Shown: positions 54,695-59,930 of the stretch, piece after piece
How positions within the stretch are numbered: position 1 is the stretch's first letter
Layout of the letters: every line of letters starts with the position of its first letter
Source of the DNA: a virus
Taxonomy: Duplodnaviria; Caudoviricetes
Virus record (IMG/VR): IMGVR_UViG_3300033067_001119
Coordinates: 1 to 64,000 of that record
Strand: one strand, 5' to 3'
Length of the DNA: 64,000 nt
Notes under the pieces: generated by a model
Seen by the model: the letters and a program-made list of their open reading frames with translations, nothing else
What the model was told of the DNA's origin: nothing
The model's database searches: none
Translations under genes and position numbers: made by a program

Positions 54695-54769
54695 TGGCTC
54701 TGCTCCGAGGAATCGAACCTCGCTCGCATGCGTTAACAGCGCAGCCGCACACCTTGTGCGTTGAGCAGA
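54695..54769 (-). tRNA. trnN: tRNA-Asn(GTT)
   Basis: U1:A72, G73. Confidence 0.9.
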
Positions 54770-54776
54770 ACAGAGA

Positions 54777-54848
54777 TGGTGGAGTGACGGAGAGTTGAAC
54801 TCCGGACGGCAATCTTGCAAGGATCGCCTGCAGCCCGCTGCTCACCCC
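54777..54848 (-). tRNA. trnA: tRNA-Ala(TGC)
   Basis: G3:U70 present; reduced D-arm. Confidence 0.8.
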
Positions 54849-54852
54849 ATGT

Positions 54853-54928
54853 TGGTGCCCTGCGCCTGATTCGAACAGGCCTCCTGCGCTCTTCAGGCGC
54901 GTGCAATCACCAGATTTGCTAACAGGGC
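54853..54928 (-). tRNA. trnF: tRNA-Phe(GAA)
   Basis: Canonical cloverleaf. Confidence 0.9.
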
Positions 54929-54957
54929 GAATTGTGGGATTTTCCCACAATTCAAAT

Positions 54958-55031
54958 TGGAGCGGCCAGTCGGTTACGATCCGACGTCTCATCGTTGGCA
55001 ACGATGAACTCTGCCATTGAGCTATGGCCGC
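54958..55031 (-). tRNA. trnG: tRNA-Gly(GCC), T-loop ATCGTAA
   Basis: Cloverleaf; U73. Confidence 0.85.
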
Positions 55032-55032
55032 G

Positions 55033-55117
55033 TGGTGGGTAACCCGTGAATCGAACACGGCATGCCCGAAGGCGCAGCTTTTACAGAGCCGCTCAGTCAC
55101 CAGACTTGGCGTTACCC
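55033..55117 (-). tRNA. trnY: tRNA-Tyr(GTA)
   Basis: Long variable arm GCC-TTCG-GGC. Confidence 0.9.
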
Positions 55118-55122
55118 GAGAT

Positions 55123-55197
55123 TGGTTGCGGGAAAGGGACTTGCACCCCTGACCTCCGAGTTATGAGCCCGGCGAGCTGCTACTGCTCCACCCCGCG
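55123..55197 (-). tRNA. trnfM: Initiator-type tRNA-fMet(CAT), T-loop TGCAAGT
   Basis: C1xA72 mismatch; GGG in anticodon stem. Confidence 0.85.
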
Positions 55198-55201
55198 ATA
55201 A

Positions 55202-55277
55202 TGGTGCGCCGCTTGAACTCGGTCGCGCATCGACAAGTACATCCGTTGTTCGATGGAATTAGCGCTTGTAGCACATC
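55202..55277 (-). ncRNA. CCA-ending tRNA-like element of unassigned identity
   Basis: GTTCAA and CCA end; CATCG/CGATG stem; no cloverleaf. Confidence 0.35.
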
Positions 55278-55368
55278 TGGCGGGCGAGGGGTAGTAACGC
55301 TCTCCATGCCCGGTGGGCACCTTTGGTTTTCGAGACCAAGCTGGGGACTTCCCGCAGTTCTCTCGCCC
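55278..55368 (-). tRNA. trnS: tRNA-Ser(CGA) with extended acceptor and long D-stem
   Basis: 8-9 bp acceptor, T-loop AGCGTTA, long variable arm, G73. Confidence 0.7.
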
Positions 55369-55372
55369 GTGT

Positions 55373-55448
55373 TGGTGGTCCCCCGGTGATTCGAACACCG
55401 TGTCTCCCGCTTCGGAGGCGGGTGCCTTGTCCATCCGGCTCGGGGACC
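55373..55448 (-). tRNA. trnR: tRNA-Arg(CCG)
   Basis: Canonical cloverleaf. Confidence 0.9.
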
Positions 55449-55449
55449 G

Positions 55450-55827
55450 TTACTTCCTGCCCTTGCGGCGCACGTTGCCGCGGGCGTCGTAGTTGCCGGT
55501 CGGCCAGTAGCGGTTCATCTTCACCTCGCCGACCAGGCCGTCGTCGGTGAATACCGCCGGGCCCTTCAGCGTCTTGCCGTCGACCGCCTGCTCGAACGCA
55601 AGGTAGCTTCCGCCCGCATCCGGGCTCGCTGGGTTGACGAAAAACAGATCGAGGTCCGTTGGCTCATCCAGCGGGACGGGCACTCCAGCAGCCTCGCAGG
55701 CCCGGTAAAGGGCATCCCTGTATTGCTGGATTACCGCCTGATGCATCCGCCGGTGCGGTGCGTCGTGTATCCAGAGACGGAGCAGCGCCGGGAAGCGCTG
55801 GCCGTCATACTGTACCTTGATCTTCAT
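55450..55827 (-). CDS. Divergent RusA-like protein inside tRNA array
   Basis: LDLFFVNPASPDAGG...FEQAVDG...VFTDDGLV. Confidence 0.5.
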   Translation of the reverse strand: MKIKVQYDGQRFPALLRLWIHDAPHRRMHQAVIQQYRDALYRACEAAGVPVPLDEPTDLDLFFVNPASPDAGGSYLAFEQAVDGKTLKGPAVFTDDGLVGEVKMNRYWPTGNYDARGNVRRKGRK

Positions 55828-55837
55828 GGTGGGCCTT

Positions 55838-55903
55838 TGGTGGAAGCGGCGGGCTGGGTGAGCCCGCTAATCACTCTGTTATGAGCAGAGGGTCTCCGCT
55901 TTT
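55838..55903 (-). tRNA. D-armless tRNA-like remnant (CAT) overlapping the GIY-YIG 3' end
   Basis: CTCTG-CTCATAA-CAGAG arm, GCGGGC/GCCCGC T-like arm, CGCTTCC-A-CCA. Confidence 0.5.
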
Positions 55904-56404
55904 CGACTTCACTTCCCTCTGACGTTGCCACTGCAGGATCGCGGCTTGGCGCAGTCTCTCCCTATGCTCCGGCGATTTGGTGCGCCCCTTGTGGGCTAGG
56001 CCACCCTTTCGCCCGTTCTCACGAAGCTGCTCTTTGGCAAGAGAAAATATCCCAGTTCCACGATCTCGATTTGCGACCCCGCCCCGGCTTTGACTTTTGG
56101 ACGCGAATGCGCCCTTGCGGGCGTTCTCCGCGGTAAATCCACCAACACCACCGCGACGCATATTGTAGGTGCGCGACACACGGTAATCGGCGGTCAATTC
56201 CACTTCTTTTGCGTAAGCCTCAGCACTGGTGTCAAAAACGAACAACACGTCCTTGCGGAAGGAACGCTTGCCATGCTTCCGGATCGCAGCGCGGATAGCT
56301 CGACCACTCCCGAAGTATCCATCATTCGGATTGTCCGTCTTGTGGACACCGACGTAGGTCTTGCCGTTGGCCAGATTAGTGATGCGGTAGACGGTGAACA
56401 TCAC
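55871..56404 (-). CDS. GIY-YIG homing endonuclease with NUMOD3-like tail
   Basis: TVYRITNLANGKTYVG...YFGSG; HKGRTKSPEHRERL. Confidence 0.9.
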   Translation of the reverse strand: MMFTVYRITNLANGKTYVGVHKTDNPNDGYFGSGRAIRAAIRKHGKRSFRKDVLFVFDTSAEAYAKEVELTADYRVSRTYNMRRGGVGGFTAENARKGAFASKSQSRGGVANRDRGTGIFSLAKEQLRENGRKGGLAHKGRTKSPEHRERLRQAAILQWQRQREVKSKSGDPLLITE

Positions 56405-56447
56405 CGCACTATATCACAGGCCTTCCCATCTGGCTCAACGTGCGAAT

Positions 56448-56524
56448 TGGTCGGAGCGGCAGGATTTGAACCCGCGTATGCCTGCTCCCAAAGCAGGTGG
56501 TCGGCCAGACTGACCCACACTCCG
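56448..56524 (-). tRNA. trnP: tRNA-Pro(TGG)
   Basis: Canonical cloverleaf. Confidence 0.92.
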
Positions 56525-56629
56525 ATGTTCCCTCTCGTGGCGACGACGATGCGTCTTATCCGGCGCAGAAGTGTGGGACCTTGGTCACCACAGCGCTACC
56601 TCCAGTACGCCACGCCCCGGGGGACATGA
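56525..56629 (-). ncRNA. Unassigned ~105-nt structured RNA between tRNAs
   Basis: Nested stems CGTGGCG/CGCCACG, GCGC/GCGC, TGTGG/CCACA, GACC/GGTC. Confidence 0.4.
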
Positions 56630-56630
56630 T

Positions 56631-56705
56631 TGGCGATCCTGTCGGGTTACGATCCCGATTTGCTCCCGTGACAGGGGAGTAGCTTAGCCACTAGCTGACA
56701 GGACC
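56631..56705 (-). tRNA. trnD: tRNA-Asp(GTC), T-loop ATCGTAA
   Basis: Cloverleaf; G73. Confidence 0.88.
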
Positions 56706-56706
56706 T

Positions 56707-56782
56707 TGGTGTGCGTGGGGTGATTCGAACACCCGCTGTACAGGTTCTCGGCCTGCTCTCTCTGCCACTGGAGTACACGCAC
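56707..56782 (-). tRNA. trnL: tRNA-Leu(GAG), short variable loop, C33
   Basis: Cloverleaf; loop CCGAGAA. Confidence 0.8.
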
Positions 56783-56787
56783 ATTGT

Positions 56788-56863
56788 TGGTACACCCTCG
56801 GAGAATCGAACTCCGCCCTCATGGTTTAAGAGACCAGCGCACGAACCAACATGCTCAGGGTGT
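56788..56863 (-). tRNA. trnK: tRNA-Lys(CTT)
   Basis: Cloverleaf. Confidence 0.88.
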
Positions 56864-56868
56864 GTGAG

Positions 56869-56951
56869 TGGAGGACGTCGGAGGTTACGATCCTCATGCG
56901 ACGCGGTTTAAAAGACCGGCCCAAAGCCACTCTGGTTTACGCTCGACGTCC
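56869..56951 (-). tRNA. trnK: tRNA-Lys(TTT) with 8/4 architecture, U73
   Basis: GGACGTCG/CGACGTCC, GAGG/CCTC, 6-bp D-stem. Confidence 0.7.
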
Positions 56952-56956
56952 GTATC

Positions 56957-57160
56957 TCAGGACGCCGGTTTGCTGATGTTCTTCTCTTCGCACACCACGA
57001 TGGTGCCGGTGTCGCGGAAGTGATGCACCCAGCGTCGCCGCAGGCGCACGGGCACAAGCCCAAACTGGCAGTGGACGCATGGCGATGCTGCAGCCGCCCA
57101 TTCCTTCCATGCCTTCATCGAAGTCTCGACGAGAGGCCAGTCCGTTGCTGCCGTAGTCAT
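56957..57160 (-). CDS. Small Cys/His protein inside tRNA array
   Basis: CVHC...WVHH...C; AGGAG RBS. Confidence 0.5.
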   Translation of the reverse strand: MTTAATDWPLVETSMKAWKEWAAAASPCVHCQFGLVPVRLRRRWVHHFRDTGTIVVCEEKNISKPAS

Positions 57161-57173
57161 GGCGCTCTCCTGT

Positions 57174-57248
57174 TGGTGCTCGGAAGCGGCTTGCAACCGC
57201 CATGCGAGGCGTACGACGCGGCCTGCCCGCACCTTGCTAAGCCCGAGC
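57174..57248 (-). tRNA. Thr(CGT)-like tRNA with degenerate anticodon stem
   Basis: Good acceptor and T-stem, T-loop TTGCAAG, weak anticodon arm. Confidence 0.5.
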
Positions 57249-57252
57249 CTGT

Positions 57253-57326
57253 TGGTAGTCCCTGCTGGTTCTGCCCCAGCGTCGCACGGTTATCGGCCGC
57301 GCATTCTGCTATTGAACTAAGGGACC
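57253..57326 (-). tRNA. trnI: tRNA-Ile(GAT), C33, T-loop GGCAGAA
   Basis: Cloverleaf. Confidence 0.85.
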
Positions 57327-57330
57327 GTGA

Positions 57331-57405
57331 TGGTACGCGCTGCAGGTGCTGCCCCTGCCGCCTCCAGCGTGTCGAGCTGGCGATCTGCTGATGATCTAAG
57401 CGCGC
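57331..57405 (-). tRNA. trnV: tRNA-Val(GAC), C33, T-loop GGCAGCA
   Basis: Cloverleaf. Confidence 0.85.
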
Positions 57406-57410
57406 ATGAA

Positions 57411-57484
57411 TGGTAGTCCCTGACGGTACCTCCCCGCCTTCACCAGCGTGTAAAACTGGCGCATCAATTTAATGCTTAGGGACC
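57411..57484 (-). tRNA. trnV: tRNA-Val(TAC), T-loop GGAGGTA
   Basis: Cloverleaf. Confidence 0.8.
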
Positions 57485-57485
57485 A

Positions 57486-57562
57486 TGGTACCCGCGGCGT
57501 GATTTGAACACGCACTGTAACTTGTTTTGAGCAAGTGGCCTCTGCCGTTGGGCTACGCGGGC
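57486..57562 (-). tRNA. trnL: tRNA-Leu(CAA), short variable loop
   Basis: Cloverleaf; 6-nt variable region. Confidence 0.85.
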
Positions 57563-57566
57563 ATGG

Positions 57567-57643
57567 TGGTGTCCGCCCGGAGATTCGAACTCCGAACCTT
57601 CGCATTCTGAGTGCGACGCCTCTGCCAGTTGGGCTAGGCGGAC
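57567..57643 (-). tRNA. trnL: tRNA-Leu(CAG), short variable loop
   Basis: Cloverleaf; 5-nt variable region. Confidence 0.88.
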
Positions 57644-57644
57644 A

Positions 57645-57721
57645 TGGAGCCCGGCCGGGGTTACGATCCCCGTCCTCGCCCTTACCGGGGGCGTGTGCTG
57701 GCCATTGATCACTAGCCGGGC
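57645..57721 (-). tRNA. trnT: tRNA-Thr(GGT), C33, T-loop ATCGTAA
   Basis: Cloverleaf. Confidence 0.85.
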
Positions 57722-57802
57722 ATGTAGGCGGGAGCGTCCTAACCAACTAGACGAACAGGCCTGACGGCCCGTGGTGGATTCGAACCACCGTTTCTCCCTG
57801 CT
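57722..57802 (-). ncRNA. Circularly permuted, anticodon-less tRNA-like RNA (Asp/Glu-type body)
   Basis: 3' half (GGGAG-AAAC-GGTGG-TTCGAAT-CCACC-ACGGGCC-GTCA) precedes 5' half (GGCCTGT-TCGTCTAGTTGGTTAGGAC-G-CTCCC). Confidence 0.8.
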
Positions 57803-57877
57803 TGGAGCCCATGCCGATGCTCGAACTCGGCTCTCACCCTTACAAGGGGCGCGCGTCGCCATCTACGCTTCATGGGC
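57803..57877 (-). tRNA. trnT: tRNA-Thr(TGT)
   Basis: Cloverleaf. Confidence 0.88.
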
Positions 57878-57880
57878 AAA

Positions 57881-57955
57881 TGGTGCTGCCTCGGTGCCTC
57901 GAACACCGGTCACCGCTTTACGAGGGCGGCGCTCTTCCTGTTGAGCTAAGGCAGC
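57881..57955 (-). tRNA. trnT: tRNA-Thr(CGT)
   Basis: Canonical cloverleaf. Confidence 0.9.
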
Positions 57956-58161
57956 GCATGCGCACGCGGGTGGATGATCTTGTAGGCCTCGTAGTTGACG
58001 GGTTGATCATGCAACATCGTGCGATCTGCGGATTTGATCTTGTTGATCCAAAAGCGCGCCTCTTGGGCGCTGTAATGGTTTTCGAGAAACCGCTTCAGCT
58101 TGCGCGGATTCTCGGAAACCTGAACCACCTTCCCGTCCGGGAGGATGAACTTTAGGGCCAT
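57946..58161 (-). CDS. Hypothetical basic protein leading the tRNA array
   Basis: AAGGGA RBS; overlaps tRNA-Thr by 10 nt. Confidence 0.5.
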   Translation of the reverse strand: MALKFILPDGKVVQVSENPRKLKRFLENHYSAQEARFWINKIKSADRTMLHDQPVNYEAYKIIHPRAHALP

Positions 58162-58169
58162 CAGATTTC

Positions 58170-58440
58170 CCTTGAGCCGTTGCCGGTGGCGCGCAGTGAA
58201 GCCGCTTTCCCCGGAGGTCTTGTCGCCGGTCGTCCCACGAATGGGGCCTGCACACAAGGGCCTTTGCTCTCGGTGTCCGGCTGGGAGATGCAACTATCTT
58301 GGGGGAAGGTTGCGGGTATTTTCTCTCTGCCGGTAGTCGGCAGGAGGTTCGGTACCCGCTGCCGGTTAGTCTTTGCGCCCCTTGGGGCTATCGATCATGG
58401 ATTCCAAGCACGCAAACGACCACGTCCGCTGATTTAGCGG
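58170..58440 (-). ncRNA. Candidate structured RNA/leader upstream of tRNA array
   Basis: Non-coding, with many hairpins including UUCG and nested GCGGGTA/TACCCGC. Confidence 0.4.
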
Positions 58441-58483
58441 CGTGGCGGCTGGTGTATGGGTATATGACTGTCTCATGATCTTC

Positions 58484-58753
58484 CTACGAGCCAAGGGCCC
58501 GGTAACTTATGGGGCGCGGTCCTACACCCTCAGCATGGGAACTGTCAACAGCGTTCTCTGCAAACTTCGCAAATTCGTGATTGTTCCACACCGAGGTAAG
58601 CAGCGCCGTGAATGGGTCAGGAGCCCGGTTGTAGGTGCCGACAGTGGCGCGCAACGCTCTGGCGGTGCTGGCCAAATCGTGTGCCGCCTCGCGAACCTGA
58701 TCGCACAGGCCGCCATCCATTCCCAGCATTCTCTTCACCACATTTACGGTCAT
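58484..58753 (-). CDS. Hypothetical protein at end of lysis cassette
   Basis: GGGAGG RBS. Confidence 0.55.
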   Translation of the reverse strand: MTVNVVKRMLGMDGGLCDQVREAAHDLASTARALRATVGTYNRAPDPFTALLTSVWNNHEFAKFAENAVDSSHAEGVGPRPISYRALGS

Positions 58754-58755
58754 CG

Positions 58756-58935
58756 CTACCTCCCTACATGGGGAGCCAAGATCGAAGCCAACGCCTGAAG
58801 GGCCGTTTTGGTTTCAATCATTGCGGTCAGAGATTCTTTCATAATCTCGCGACGTTCTTGCCGTTCCATCCACCACATTGCTGCAAATATCACGGCTGGA
58901 CCAGCAGCAGCTATGTCCTTAATCCAGTCCGGCAT
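58756..58935 (-). CDS. 59-aa membrane protein (holin-like), absent from ORF track
   Basis: MPDWIKDIAAAGPAVIFAAMWWMERQERRE... Confidence 0.55.
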   Translation of the reverse strand: MPDWIKDIAAAGPAVIFAAMWWMERQERREIMKESLTAMIETKTALQALASILAPHVGR

Positions 58936-58953
58936 TCCACAAACCTCGCCCCC

Positions 58954-59169
58954 TCAGATCGGCTCGTTGAACTCGTCGATCATCTCGTCGAGCGACTTCT
59001 CAGTTTCGTCCAGCTGCTCTTGCGTGACGGTGCCGTTGCGAAAGCTGTCGATCAGCCCCTTGATTGCCGTGAACACCGGGCCAGCGTTCCTGCCGACTGC
59101 GACAGCAGTCTCTGCGATGGAGATGCCCTTGGCGATCAGCGCCATGACTGCGAGGACGTCCATGATCAA
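58954..59169 (-). CDS. Small lysis-cassette protein
   Basis: Amphipathic, coupled ORF. Confidence 0.6.
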   Translation of the reverse strand: MIMDVLAVMALIAKGISIAETAVAVGRNAGPVFTAIKGLIDSFRNGTVTQEQLDETEKSLDEMIDEFNEPI

Positions 59170-59585
59170 GCTCCCGGTGCCAGAGGAATGGTCTGCCCGG
59201 CCTCTGCAGCCTTGGCCCTGACGATGCCGATGATCTCCGTCATCTGGTTGAACACCACGACGGCGTTGACCTGATCGTTGTTCTTCACGAACGAGCGCAG
59301 CTCCCCGAGGTATGGCTTGAGCTGCAGCGTGTAGACCTGCACCGTCCTGATCTGCTGTACGCAGACATCAGGAATCAGTCGCTGGATGCACGAGCGCTTC
59401 CATGCATTGAGACCGGCGAACAGCACCTTGAGGCCGCTCTCCATCTGGTTGAGGCGCGTCTTCGTGACAGGATTTGCGACCGACGCTGTGCTGAAGTGCA
59501 CGGCGGTCTTGATGCTCTCCAGCGTTGGCGTGGTGCACGCCGAAACCGAGAGAGCGAGCGCGAGTATGATTGCGATCCGCTTCAT
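59166..59585 (-). CDS. Lipoprotein (spanin candidate)
   Basis: Lipobox LALSVSA|C. Confidence 0.7.
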   Translation of the reverse strand: MKRIAIILALALSVSACTTPTLESIKTAVHFSTASVANPVTKTRLNQMESGLKVLFAGLNAWKRSCIQRLIPDVCVQQIRTVQVYTLQLKPYLGELRSFVKNNDQVNAVVVFNQMTEIIGIVRAKAAEAGQTIPLAPGA

Positions 59586-59929
59586 CCGATCACCTGTTCT
59601 GCTTTCTTGGCAACTGCCGATGCCTCCCCCGGAGCAGGAGAGATATTTGGCTGATTCGGGTCTACGGCAAGCGCGGCGATGTTCTGCGGAGCTGAGCGGC
59701 TCACCTGAACGTCGACGCCCTCCATCGACCCGGCGTCCTTCACGGTGCTTGCGTTGCTAAGGAAGGGCGTCATCGCTGCCGCCATCAGGCCGCCAACGAA
59801 GGTAGCAATAGCGCCGATGGCCTTAGCTGTGGCCACGCCGATAACGGCATCGAGGGCGCTGATGCCCGTGGCGGTGAAGCTGAGCATCGCCAGTATCATC
59901 AGCACAACCTGCTTGGCATTGATATTCAT
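59582..59929 (-). CDS. Two-TM holin or i-spanin candidate
   Basis: Two hydrophobic helices, directly after endolysin. Confidence 0.6.
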   Translation of the reverse strand: MNINAKQVVLMILAMLSFTATGISALDAVIGVATAKAIGAIATFVGGLMAAAMTPFLSNASTVKDAGSMEGVDVQVSRSAPQNIAALAVDPNQPNISPAPGEASAVAKKAEQVIG

Positions 59930-59930
59930 G

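Noticed and set aside
55838-55875. CGCTTCCACCA end as a two-piece tmRNA
   Set aside because: No matching GGGG 5' piece or tag frame follows; an anticodon arm is present instead
56547-56564. GATGCGTCTTATCCGGCG resembling an enterobacterial REP
   Set aside because: Single half-copy with no partner palindrome; likely chance
53556-57955. Stop-codon reassignment or suppressor tRNAs
   Set aside because: No CUA, UUA or UCA anticodon in a complete tRNA, and genes end normally at TAG, TGA and TAA
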